Below, in pieces: positions 1 to 9,293 of a stretch of DNA of 64,000 nt. The stretch spans positions 1,312,001 to 1,376,000 of the forward strand of contig CAWBOS010000010.1 of the NCBI GenBank assembly GCA_963790475.1, in the 5' to 3' direction. The notes beneath the pieces are model-generated. The model had not been told where the DNA came from. It was given only the letters and a program-made list of their open reading frames with translations, and did no database searches. The DNA is from an uncultured delta proteobacterium. Its GTDB lineage: Bacteria > Desulfobacterota > RBG-13-43-22. Both the position numbers and the translations under genes were made by a program. The first letter of the stretch is position 1. Each line of letters opens with the position of its first letter.

Positions 1-638
1 TAGCCGCCGAGATGCTGCCCGAATCCCTCCGGGACAGCCTGGAATCCGAATTAGGGCTGATGGTCCGCCAGAGCTATGGAACAGCCGATATCGGCTGTCT
101 GGGTTTTGAGTGTATCGAAAAAAACGGGATGCACTTCCCGGATGACTGTATCGTCGAGATCGTCGATCCCCGGACCGGCAAACAAGGCGGCCCCGGAGAA
201 ATCGGAGAAGTGGTGGGTACCTGTTTTAACAAGGTCTACCCTTTGATCCGTTTCGGCAGCGGAGATCTGTCCTACTTCAGCGACGAGCCCTGCCCTTGCG
301 GCCGGACCTCACCTCGACTGATGAAGATCGTCGGCCGGGTGGATCAAATGACCAAGGTCAAAGGCATGTTCATCCATCCCGGATTGGTGGATATAGTGGC
401 CGCCAAATTTTCTGAAATCTGCGCCTGTCAGGTCGTCGTGACCCGAGAAGGACATCAGGACAAGATGACCTTTCGAGCTGAATTGACCCAACCCTGCCCT
501 GACCCGAAGAAATTGACTGAGTCCCTAAAAAAAATGATCCAGGAAATCCTGCGGATCCGGGGTGAGGTTCAATTCCTTCCCAAAGGTTCATTGCCCAAGG
601 AAGCCAAGAAGATCGAAGATAAGAGGGTTTGGGAATAG
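1..638 (+). CDS. Phenylacetate-CoA ligase (PaaK/F390 synthetase) family protein, 5'-truncated by the window edge
   Basis: Motifs SYGTAD, PLIRFGSGD, CPCGRT, GRVDQMTKVKG and C-terminal IEDKR are typical of the PaaK-like adenylate-forming family; the frame is open from the window start. Confidence 0.85.
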   Translation, partial: AAEMLPESLRDSLESELGLMVRQSYGTADIGCLGFECIEKNGMHFPDDCIVEIVDPRTGKQGGPGEIGEVVGTCFNKVYPLIRFGSGDLSYFSDEPCPCGRTSPRLMKIVGRVDQMTKVKGMFIHPGLVDIVAAKFSEICACQVVVTREGHQDKMTFRAELTQPCPDPKKLTESLKKMIQEILRIRGEVQFLPKGSLPKEAKKIEDKRVWE

Positions 639-817
639 ATCTCGCCACTTCAGACTTATGAAAAAGAAATGAGCGGACAGGATTAACAGGATTTACATAT
701 ACCTTGCTCAGACTCCGGAGGACCCTGAGCAACCTCGATCCGCTTCCAGCGGAAATTAAGGCTTCCTTCGCAGAACGATTCGGAAATAGGGGTTCCCCGG
801 TTCGGGGTTGGTGAAAG

Positions 818-850
818 AAAGCCCTTTCCTGCCAGAAAGGGCTTTTTTTT
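818..850 (+). terminator. Rho-independent terminator
   Basis: aaagccctttc-ctgcca-gaaagggc followed by T8. Confidence 0.8.
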
Positions 851-855
851 ATTCC

Positions 856-884
856 TTGACAACAGCCGGAACGAACAGTAAATT
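856..884 (+). promoter_or_regulatory. Sigma70-type promoter upstream of the ferritin-like/rpoH genes
   Basis: TTGACA(856-861)-17 bp-TAAATT(879-884). Confidence 0.55.
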
Positions 885-1010
885 AATGGATAACGTTTAT
901 GCATTCAAGGGAAAAACCGCCCCAAGAACCCAAGGGCTCAAAGAAAACCCTCCGCGGAAAAATTCCTTTGACCTCAAAAAATTCGACCGCAAAAACCAGG
1001 AGGACCGACA

Positions 1011-1457
1011 TTGTCTCTTTCCACTCTTCGAGAAATCATCCAATTTGCTATCGATAAAGAAAAAGACGCCCAAACCTTTTATCGTTCCGCTGCTACGCTT
1101 TCTCAATATCCGGGAATAGCACCCTTCTTTTCAGAATTGGCGGCCGAGGAGGAAAAGCACCAAAAATTATTGGAAGAATTGCCCGATCCCATGACTCTTC
1201 CGGAGAATTCCAAAACCATTCCCGATCTGAAAATCAGCGATTACCTGGTAGATCAGAAATTTCACAAGGACATGAGATATCAAGAGGTGATGATCCTGGC
1301 CATGAAAAACGAGGAGAAATCTCTGAAGTTCTACCAGGCCTGGCAGGCCAAAGCTCAGGATCCGGCCCAGAAAAAACTATTTACCTATTTAGCCGACCAG
1401 GAGGCCGGGCATAAATATCGCCTGGAATCAATTTACGACGAAAAAATATTGGATTGA
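1011..1457 (+). CDS. Ferritin-like/rubrerythrin family protein
   Basis: Repeated AIxxE..FY / ExxH motifs (EEEKH, DQEAGH); TTG start after AGGAGG. Confidence 0.85.
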   Translation: MSLSTLREIIQFAIDKEKDAQTFYRSAATLSQYPGIAPFFSELAAEEEKHQKLLEELPDPMTLPENSKTIPDLKISDYLVDQKFHKDMRYQEVMILAMKNEEKSLKFYQAWQAKAQDPAQKKLFTYLADQEAGHKYRLESIYDEKILD

Positions 1458-1466
1458 TATGAGGAG

Positions 1467-2414
1467 ATGAACCCCTCCCTGCCTGAAGATCCAGCGAATA
1501 CTCTCATTGAGGAGATAGAAACGGAGACCGAGCCCCTTTCAAAAGGCCCGGTAGTCCCCTATGACCCTCTCCAGCGCTATTTGTATGAGATCAATCGCTA
1601 TCCTCTTCTGACTCCGGAAGAAGAGAAGACTCTTCTTACACGCTATCAGCAAGCCCCGGACTCCGATTTGGCCTATAAGTTGATTACCTCCAATCTGCGG
1701 CTGGTGGTCAAGATCGCTATGGAATTTCAACGCTACTGGATGCAGAATTTGCTGGACCTGATCCAGGAGGGGAATATCGGGCTGATGCAGGCCATTAAAA
1801 AATTCGACCCCTTTCGAGGCATTAAGTTTTCTTATTATGCCTCTTTCTGGATCAAGGCCTACATACTCAAATTCATTATGGACAACTGGAAGCTGGTTAA
1901 AATCGGAACCACCCAGGCCCAGCGCAAACTTTTCTATAACCTAAAAAAGGAAAAAGGCCGCCTGCTGGCCTTGGGAATCGATCCGGTTCCCAAACTCCTT
2001 TCGGAAAGATTTGCCGTCAGCGAAAAAGAAATCATTGAAATGGATCAAAGGTTGGGAGAATGGGAACTCTCTCTGGATGCCCCGGTGGCCGAGGATTCAT
2101 CCGTGGATCACAAGTCCATCTTGCCCGATAAAGAAGCCTCTCCGGAAAGGGCCTTGAGCGAACTGGAATTAAAGAATATTTTCAAAACCAAACTCCAAAA
2201 TTTTCAAAAAGGGCTGAGTCCCCGGGAAAATATTATTTTTGAAAAACGGATCCTGGCCGACGAACCCCTTACCTTGCAGGAGTTGGGGGATCAATTCCAG
2301 GTTTCCCGCGAAAGGATCCGGCAGTTGGAGGAAAAACTCTTAAAAAAAGTCAAGGCCTATCTGGAAAAAGAACTCCCGGATTTAAAACCCGACTATTTAT
2401 CTGAAGCCCCTTAA
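1467..2414 (+). CDS. rpoH: RNA polymerase sigma factor, RpoH (sigma32)-like
   Basis: SNLRLVVKIA, DLIQEGNIGLM, FSYYASFWI, RpoH-box-like IGTTQAQRKLFYNL, region 4 VSRERIRQLE. Confidence 0.85.
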   Translation: MNPSLPEDPANTLIEEIETETEPLSKGPVVPYDPLQRYLYEINRYPLLTPEEEKTLLTRYQQAPDSDLAYKLITSNLRLVVKIAMEFQRYWMQNLLDLIQEGNIGLMQAIKKFDPFRGIKFSYYASFWIKAYILKFIMDNWKLVKIGTTQAQRKLFYNLKKEKGRLLALGIDPVPKLLSERFAVSEKEIIEMDQRLGEWELSLDAPVAEDSSVDHKSILPDKEASPERALSELELKNIFKTKLQNFQKGLSPRENIIFEKRILADEPLTLQELGDQFQVSRERIRQLEEKLLKKVKAYLEKELPDLKPDYLSEAP

Positions 2415-2514
2415 TAGCTGATAGCAAATAGTTTATAGCTTACAGCTTATAAAAATGGGCCTTTGCTATAAGCTATGAGCCTTGAGCTATAAGCGAATTC
2501 GTGAGCTATCAGCT
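2415..2514. repeat. Degenerate 7-mer tract (AGCTnAn) followed by its inverted copy
   Basis: tagctgatagcaaatagtttatagcttacagcttat ... gctataagctatgagccttgagctataagc ... gagctatcagcta. Confidence 0.65.
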
Positions 2515-2542
2515 AACTTATTTATTTGGACCAATTTCAGTA

Positions 2543-4336
2543 ATGAAAAAAAAATCTCCTGTCACTTCCCTTCTTTTCCTGACCGTGGTTATCCTTTTTC
2601 TCTTCGGGGGTTCCGGGTGTCAGGGCCGATTGCCTATTTTAAGTCCCCAACAACCCACACCGGCGCCCCCCCCGGGAAAACCCCTGTTAAAAACTCCGGA
2701 CAAGGAATCCGAAGCCTATTATCGTTTTTTACTTGGCAGTCTCTATGCCGAGGAAGAGGATAATTCCCAGGCCATAGAAGAAATCAAGAAGACCTTGGTC
2801 TTGGTGCCCGATTCCCCGTTTTTAGAATTTTCCCTGGGTCGTCTTTATCTCAAGACTTCCAAGCCCACCGAGGCCATACAACACACCCAAAAGGCTATTA
2901 CCCTGGATCCGAAATTTCAGGAGGCCTATTCCCTTTTAGCGGAGATTTATATCTCCCTGCAGAAATGGGAAGAGGCTATTAAGACCTATCAGACCCTTTA
3001 TGTTTTGAATCCCCAGGATGAAGAGGCCCTCTTTAATTTGGGAATCTTGTTCCTGCAGGTTCAAAAAGTCCCTCAGGCCGTGGAATCCTTTCAAAAATTG
3101 GTAAAAATAAATCCGCAATCCGAGAAAGGGCATTTCTTCCTGGCCAAGATCTATATGGAGATGAAACAGTACGATCGAGCCAAAACGTATTTCCAGGAAA
3201 CCATCAGGATCAACCCGAATCATCTCAATGCCTATATGGGTCTCGGCCAGGTTTATGAATTGACCGATCAACCCAAAAAAGCCCTGGCCGAGTACCAGAC
3301 CGTCCTCCAAAAGTCCCCGAAAAATTTAGAGGCCCTGGAACGGGCTGGAAATCAATGGTTAAAATTGGGAGACTGGGACCAGGGTCATACCCTTTTGGAG
3401 TCCTTAAAAATATACTCCAATCAAGATTTTGAACGACGATTCCGAATCGGGATCATCTACCTGGAAAACAAGTACCTCAACCAATCCTTTGAAGAACTCA
3501 GCCTTCTGTTGAAAGAAAAATCCGAGGACCAGAAGATTAAATATTTCCTGGCCATAGTCTTGGTGGAACAACAAAATTATAAGAAGGCCCTTGAATTTCT
3601 GACCTCCATTTCCACCCAATCGGAATATTATCCCCAGGCCCTGATCCTGCATTCTTTTATCCTGGAAAAAGAAAAAAAGTTTGAGGAGGCCATACGGCTT
3701 TTGCAGAAGGCCTTGATTATTGTCCCCAAAAAGGTAGAGATTTATCTGACCCTGGCTGCCCTTTATGAGCGGACGAACAATCTGGCGGAGGCAAAAAAAG
3801 TACTCCAGGAAGGGATTGAAATAGATCCTGATCAAGCCGAGCTCTTTTTCCGTCTTGGGGTCATTTTGGACAAAACGGGGCATAAAAGGGAAAGCATCCA
3901 GCAATTGAAATTGGCCATAAAAAAAGATCCTTTTCACGCCAACGCCTTGAATTACTTGGGTTATACCTATGCCGAGCGAGGAACTAATCTGGATGAAGCG
4001 GAAGATTTGATTAAACGGGCGCTGAAGTTTCGTCCCAACGACGGCTACATTCTGGACAGCCTGGGGTGGGTCTATTTTAAAAAGAAAAAATTTGATGAGG
4101 CTCTCATCGAACTGGAGAAGTCCTGGAAGCTGGCCCCCAATGACCCGGTCATAGGAGAACATCTGGGAGATGTCTACGCTAAAAAGGGCCTGTGGGAAAA
4201 GGCCTTGAAGGCTTATCGCCGGATATTGGAGATCAACCCGGCGGTCAAAGAGAAAGAGACCATCCTGAAAAAAATCAAAGAGGCCCAGCAAAAACTGGAG
4301 GACGAAAAAGGGGGGGTAGAAAATTCGAATTTATAA
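2543..4336 (+). CDS. Tetratricopeptide-repeat lipoprotein
   Basis: Signal peptide with lipobox GSGC, many TPR units, ALNYLGYTYA and ILDSLGWVYF motifs; ATG at 2543 preferred over the upstream GTG inside the repeat. Confidence 0.85.
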   Translation: MKKKSPVTSLLFLTVVILFLFGGSGCQGRLPILSPQQPTPAPPPGKPLLKTPDKESEAYYRFLLGSLYAEEEDNSQAIEEIKKTLVLVPDSPFLEFSLGRLYLKTSKPTEAIQHTQKAITLDPKFQEAYSLLAEIYISLQKWEEAIKTYQTLYVLNPQDEEALFNLGILFLQVQKVPQAVESFQKLVKINPQSEKGHFFLAKIYMEMKQYDRAKTYFQETIRINPNHLNAYMGLGQVYELTDQPKKALAEYQTVLQKSPKNLEALERAGNQWLKLGDWDQGHTLLESLKIYSNQDFERRFRIGIIYLENKYLNQSFEELSLLLKEKSEDQKIKYFLAIVLVEQQNYKKALEFLTSISTQSEYYPQALILHSFILEKEKKFEEAIRLLQKALIIVPKKVEIYLTLAALYERTNNLAEAKKVLQEGIEIDPDQAELFFRLGVILDKTGHKRESIQQLKLAIKKDPFHANALNYLGYTYAERGTNLDEAEDLIKRALKFRPNDGYILDSLGWVYFKKKKFDEALIELEKSWKLAPNDPVIGEHLGDVYAKKGLWEKALKAYRRILEINPAVKEKETILKKIKEAQQKLEDEKGGVENSNL

Positions 4337-4355
4337 GCTTCTTTTTTCCTCATTT

Positions 4356-5129
4356 ATGCTGACATTTTTCCTGCCGATAGCTGCCCTGGCGTCTGCTCCA
4401 AGTCTGCCACTTCCTCTCAATGCCGACACTATCAAAAAAAATGATTCCGCTCTTGAGACGCTGATCGACCGTTTGGGCGTGCTCGATGACCCTGTTTCCC
4501 GGGAGGGGGCGGGTACTATCGTCGTCCAGTCCCCGGGAGAAAGATACCGGTTTCAATTTCGTCTGATCGCCCGCGGACCCGAGGCCTTACGCATGGAAAT
4601 ATTCGATCCTTTCGGACGGTCCATGCTCTATCTCATTTCTTATCAAGGGGAAGTCCGTTTGTTTTCCATTCCCCAAAAAAAAGAAATCCCTTTCAACCTG
4701 CCCGCCTTAGGCCCGTGGTCCGCTTTCCCGCAAATACCCTTCGTAGAAATGTTAAAAATATTTTGGGGACGTGTCCCCCTTTTCCCTTATCAGACGAACC
4801 AAACCGTTATAGACCTGGAAAAGAAAAATAGATCGATAAAGCTCTCGCTTCTTGGATCTGTTCAACAAGAGTTATGGATGACCCCCAATCCTTTTACATT
4901 GACTCAATCGCGCATAACCAATCCTTCCAATAAAGAGCAAGTTGAGATAGTCTTTTCTAATTTTTCCGAAGCAACCGGGAACCATACCCCGATGCGTTGT
5001 GAAATCAAGGATGAAACCGGGGAACATGTGCTAACCATCCGTTATGAAACCCTGGTCCCCCGACCGGACATTACTGATGAAATTTTCAAATTACCTGAAT
5101 TCTCCGATTCCCAACCCTCCGCTAGATAA
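4356..5129 (+). CDS. LolB/DUF4292-like envelope protein
   Basis: Hydrophobic N-terminus, LRMEIFDPFG motif, position after the TPR gene. Confidence 0.5.
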   Translation: MLTFFLPIAALASAPSLPLPLNADTIKKNDSALETLIDRLGVLDDPVSREGAGTIVVQSPGERYRFQFRLIARGPEALRMEIFDPFGRSMLYLISYQGEVRLFSIPQKKEIPFNLPALGPWSAFPQIPFVEMLKIFWGRVPLFPYQTNQTVIDLEKKNRSIKLSLLGSVQQELWMTPNPFTLTQSRITNPSNKEQVEIVFSNFSEATGNHTPMRCEIKDETGEHVLTIRYETLVPRPDITDEIFKLPEFSDSQPSAR

Positions 5130-5565
5130 AACCGACCAAGGATGAAACACTCAACGATTGCCGGGTTACCAGCAAGCTCATAAACCCTGCGAAACAGGCA
5201 AAAACCGGCGCCGCCATGGTAATCATGACATTTCGTACTGATCGGTACAACAAAAACAATACGGTCAGGATCAGGAACAAGGAAATGGGGATGGAGACCA
5301 TGAACCGGCCGAAGGATTCCTGCATCTCATTAAACATACCACTCCACACCATAAAATATCCCTCGGGCAATTTGATTTTCGAAATCTCCTTTTGAGCCCG
5401 TTTGACGGCCCCTCCCAGGTCTTTGGAGGGTACGGAGAACTTGATGGGGATGAACCTTCTGAAATCTTCACGGTAGATAAAAGAAGCCCCGGTATCGAAA
5501 TGGATATTGGCCAGACGGGAAAGGGGCACCAGTCCGCCGCCGGGAAGGGCGATTGGGATCTCTTA
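5122..5565 (-). pseudogene. Internal fragment of a CusA/CzcA heavy-metal RND efflux pump
   Basis: IPIALPGGGLVPLSRLA...IYRE..RRFIPIKFSV..DLGGAV..LPEGY..WSG.F..LSVSSLVGFI; truncated at both ends (full length is about 1000 aa). Confidence 0.8.
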
Positions 5566-5826
5566 GAGAAAGTTTGAAGGATGCCAGCCTTCAGAAGATT
5601 TAGAGAAAATATTTTTAAGGTATTTTTTGATGGCAGTCACGGAGCGATAATTTCTCATATTCAGGTTCCAACCCTCATCTTTGATAGAATGAAGTCACCC
5701 GATTTGTTTTTTTCTCTCATCTTCAATAGTTACCAATTCTTAATCCCGAAAAAGTCAAACCTTGAAGTCCCTTGGCAAGACCGGGAATCTACCTAAATGA
5801 AATTATGGAGTTAGGAAGAGGGATAT

Positions 5827-6123
5827 TTAGATGGAAATTCCGGATTGGGGCGGTCCTCGGTAAGAGAGGTTGGGATAAAAGGCTGACCCTTCAAAATAAA
5901 ATTTCTTCTCGATCCAAAATGTATAAATTTTATTGAGATCGACTTCGGTAATAGCCGAGAACTGGCTGATGGCCGAGGATAATGATTTCTTTAATGAACA
6001 GAGGGGACAGGTATTGCTGGAGGCAATTTGATGCGGATCAAAGGCAACGTAAACCACGGAAAATAAAAGATACACAGTGAAAAACAGCAAAAATATTTTA
6101 GGCAGGTATTTTCTCGGAAACAT
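5827..6123 (-). CDS. DUF2946-like small protein (TM helix, CxxC, C-terminal RGPP), a probable leader of a metal-efflux operon
   Basis: N-terminal TM, H...CPLC and YRGPP near the C-terminus; upstream of the czcA remnant. Confidence 0.65.
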   Translation of the reverse strand: MFPRKYLPKIFLLFFTVYLLFSVVYVAFDPHQIASSNTCPLCSLKKSLSSAISQFSAITEVDLNKIYTFWIEKKFYFEGSAFYPNLSYRGPPQSGISI

Positions 6124-6540
6124 GACCTCGACTCTATCGGTATTCGCAGATGCTATTTTCCCGTATCTTCAATGGGACATCAGATGGTTGGACGATTTTT
6201 TTACGATCATGCCTGGTTTTATGATTGTGTTTGATTCAAAAAATTCTTTTAAAAAATAACCCTCCTAACTTACTATTATTGATAAGGATTATAATTCAAG
6301 GAAACTTTTTTGTCAAGAAAATATCATAATAAATTTAGGTGAGAACGGGCCTCACGATTCCTTATGATAAATTGACCTGCCTTGGAAGTTGCTTCGGAAA
6401 GGTGAATTAATAAAAGGTAGACAGGCCCATAAACTTGGATTAGATTTCAGAATATTGCTTTGAGAACCTTTGAGGCATAATCTGAAAAATGAGCCACAGC
6501 GGTCCTGGACCGTTGGTGGATAAAATAACTTTTTAACTCC

Positions 6541-7734
6541 ATGAAACCCTGGCAGCAAAATCTTTACAGCCTCTGGCTGGCCCAATTGATTGCGGCGCTC
6601 GGCTTGAGCATGATCATCCCCTTTCTCCCCTTTTACCTGCGCGACCTCGGCGTTTCGGGAAAACAGGCCGTCAAAATCTGGAGCGGGTTTATCTATTCGG
6701 CCCCTTTCATGATCTCCGCCTTCATGCAGCCGGTCTGGGGGTTGTTGGGGGACCGGAAAGGCCGAAAACCTATGGTGGTCAGGGCCATGGTCGCTTTGTC
6801 CCTGGCCAATTTCCTGATGGGCTTTGCCAGGAGCGCTCCACAGCTTTTAATTCTCCGATTTTTACAGGGAAGTCTTTCCGGTTTCGTTGCCCCGTCTCTG
6901 GCCCTGATGGCCTCTTGCGCGCCGGAAGAAAAGACCGGCCACGCCTTGGGCACCCTGCAATCCTCCCTGGTGACCGGTATGATTGCCGGACCTCTCTTGG
7001 GCGGAGTGTTGGCCCATTTTGTGGGCTACCGGCCTCTCTTTTTCGGAACGGCCTTTTTCTGTCTTACCGGCGCAATCATTGTCATCTACTTTGTGAAGGA
7101 AGATTTCGTGCGTCAAGAGAAAAAAGACCGATCCAGTATAAGCCAGAATGTTGGCTTTGTCCTTCATTCTCCGGAACTGCGAGGATTGCTGTTTCTGTTG
7201 ATCCTGGTTCAGTTGTCGACGGTGATTGTCGCTCCCTTCCTAAGTCTTTACGTGGAATACTTAAAAGTCCTTCCAACACAAGTCGGTCTGATGACCGGGG
7301 TCGTTTTCGGTATTACCGGGATAACCAATGCCATCTTTGCCCCCATTTGGGGTAAAAGATCGGATCGGATCGGTTCCGGTAAAATTCTCCGCCGTTCGCT
7401 GCTGGGGATAACCCTGTTCTCCTTTCCCCAGGCTTTTGCCACCAACATCTATCAGTTATTGATCCTCCGCGGCGGATTAGGTGTCTTTTTTTCCGGGGTG
7501 ATCCCGACCATCAATACCATTGTCCGGCGTTCGACCCCTCAAAATAATCAAGGAGGAATTTTTGGAATCTTTCAAAGCGGCCTTCTGCTTGGAAATATGA
7601 TCGGTCCTTTGATCGGGGGGGTCTTGTCCGCTTCACTGGGGTTACGATCGATATTCTTGATTAGTACCGGGATTTTTTGCCTGGCTTTACTTTGGGAAAG
7701 AATTTTAGGGAGAAAGACCCCTGATCAATTCTAG
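6541..7734 (+). CDS. MFS transporter (DHA1, MdtG-like)
   Basis: About 12 TM segments; WGLLGDRKGRKP motif A and its repeat WGKRSDRIG. Confidence 0.9.
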   Translation: MKPWQQNLYSLWLAQLIAALGLSMIIPFLPFYLRDLGVSGKQAVKIWSGFIYSAPFMISAFMQPVWGLLGDRKGRKPMVVRAMVALSLANFLMGFARSAPQLLILRFLQGSLSGFVAPSLALMASCAPEEKTGHALGTLQSSLVTGMIAGPLLGGVLAHFVGYRPLFFGTAFFCLTGAIIVIYFVKEDFVRQEKKDRSSISQNVGFVLHSPELRGLLFLLILVQLSTVIVAPFLSLYVEYLKVLPTQVGLMTGVVFGITGITNAIFAPIWGKRSDRIGSGKILRRSLLGITLFSFPQAFATNIYQLLILRGGLGVFFSGVIPTINTIVRRSTPQNNQGGIFGIFQSGLLLGNMIGPLIGGVLSASLGLRSIFLISTGIFCLALLWERILGRKTPDQF

Positions 7735-7820
7735 CAGCCGATAGGTTTTCCCTAAACTATTTTGGTATAATATTGCTCATCGGCGATTGATGCAAAAAAG
7801 GAGGCTTCAAATCTTTACTG

Positions 7821-8303
7821 ATGCGTTTCTGGATTGCCCCTCATCTGGCCTTTTTGGTCCAATGGCTTCGGGTCCTGGGAGTGGATGTCCGACTCTGGGA
7901 CAAGGGAGTGATTCTTGATCCGGAAGAAGAAACGATCACTCAATGGGATCGTTATCCCCTGCCCCTGGAAGGGACCCCGATCAAGAAAATCACCCTCTCT
8001 TCATCGACCAGGGATACCCTTTTAAAAGAATTTTTTGAGGTCACCGGCATCCAACCCAGCTTGTCTCAAATGTTCAAACGCTGCCTCCGCTGCAACAGCC
8101 TATTGATTGCCTTAAGTCCTGAAGAGGCCAAAAACAAATGGCCCGACTTACCTCCCTACGTGTTCCAAACCCAGAAACAGTTCAACTGGTGTGATCATTG
8201 CCAACAACTCTTCTGGGCCGGAACCCACGTCCGGAACATGATCCGGACCCTGGAAGACTGGAAGGTCATCTCTTATCCGAGCCGGAAGGAAAATAGTATT
8301 TGA
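7821..8303 (+). CDS. Mut7-C RNase domain protein
   Basis: WLRVLGVD, FKRCLRCNSLL, CDHCQQLFWAGTH zinc-ribbon pattern. Confidence 0.8.
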   Translation: MRFWIAPHLAFLVQWLRVLGVDVRLWDKGVILDPEEETITQWDRYPLPLEGTPIKKITLSSSTRDTLLKEFFEVTGIQPSLSQMFKRCLRCNSLLIALSPEEAKNKWPDLPPYVFQTQKQFNWCDHCQQLFWAGTHVRNMIRTLEDWKVISYPSRKENSI

Positions 8304-8413
8304 CAGGATTGACCGAGCGAACAAAATCAATTTCGCATTTTCAGATTTTTTTTTTGACGAATAGAACGGGAAAGGGTAATATACGCCAACTCAATCAAAT
8401 AAGGAGGTTGACC

Positions 8414-9205
8414 ATGAGCTATGAATTGATCAAGGTAGAAAAGAAGGATCATGTGACCATCGTAACGATTAATCGTCCGGAAGTAATGAATTCCATCAGC
8501 CCCCCGACCAGTGCGGAAATGGATAAGGCCTTTAATGAATTCGACCAGGACCCCGAGGCCTGGATCTGCATCATCACCGGAGCGGGAGAAAAGGCTTTTT
8601 CAGCCGGTAACGACCTGAAGTATCAAGCCACACATGGGTCGGAGAAGATGCGTGAGATCATGAAAGGGGTTAAAGGCGGTTTCGCCGGGATTACCCGGAG
8701 AATGGATTGTTTTAAACCTTTTATAGCCGCCGTAAATGGATTGGCCCTGGGTGGTGGGTTCGAGATCGCCCTGGCCTGCGATATCATCATCGCCTCGGAA
8801 AATGCTTTTTTTGGTCTGCCGGAACCCCGCGTCGGATTGATACCCGGTGCCGGCGGAGTGCATCGTCTTCCAAGGCAGATCCCCTATCATGCGGCCATGA
8901 GTATGATCCTGACCTCAAAACGGATTACCCCCCAGGAAGCCCTGCAACTTGGAATCGTTTCTGAAATAGTCCCCCTGGCCAACCTTCTGCCGACGGCCGA
9001 AAAATACGCCGCTGAAATTTTGAAGGCCGCTCCTTTGTGCATCCGGGCCTGCAAGGAGGCCACAATTAAAGGGATGACCGTTACTCTGGAGGAGGCCATG
9101 GCTACTACCTATCCGGGACAGGTGGCCATGTATCAGTCCGAAGATTTCATCGAAGGACCTAAGGCCTTTGCCGAAAAACGTCCTCCGCAATGGAAAGGAA
9201 GATAA
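8414..9205 (+). CDS. Enoyl-CoA hydratase/isomerase (crotonase, CaiD-like)
   Basis: AFSAGNDL, IAAVNGLALGGGFE, FGLPEPRVG, AFAEKRPPQWKGR; ATG at 8414 after AAGGAGG. Confidence 0.92.
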   Translation: MSYELIKVEKKDHVTIVTINRPEVMNSISPPTSAEMDKAFNEFDQDPEAWICIITGAGEKAFSAGNDLKYQATHGSEKMREIMKGVKGGFAGITRRMDCFKPFIAAVNGLALGGGFEIALACDIIIASENAFFGLPEPRVGLIPGAGGVHRLPRQIPYHAAMSMILTSKRITPQEALQLGIVSEIVPLANLLPTAEKYAAEILKAAPLCIRACKEATIKGMTVTLEEAMATTYPGQVAMYQSEDFIEGPKAFAEKRPPQWKGR

Positions 9206-9219
9206 GTCTTCCTATAACT

Positions 9220-9253
9220 TCTCTTGTAGTCCGCATTGACGGACTACAAGAGA
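9220..9253. terminator. Perfect 14 bp hairpin (terminator or mRNA stabiliser)
   Basis: tctcttgtagtccg-cattga-cggactacaagaga directly after the stop; no adjacent U tract. Confidence 0.5.
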
Positions 9254-9293
9254 TACAACTGCTTTTTTATTCCACACTACACAAGGGGCCCCT

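Noticed and set aside
2415-2514. CRISPR array in the short repeat tracts
   Set aside because: Period is 7-8 nt with no unique spacers, and there are no cas genes
8300-8413. Extended N-termini from the ORF track (8300, 2501, 44055, 47818, 53516)
   Set aside because: Downstream ATGs fit the family N-termini better, and most have a clear SD
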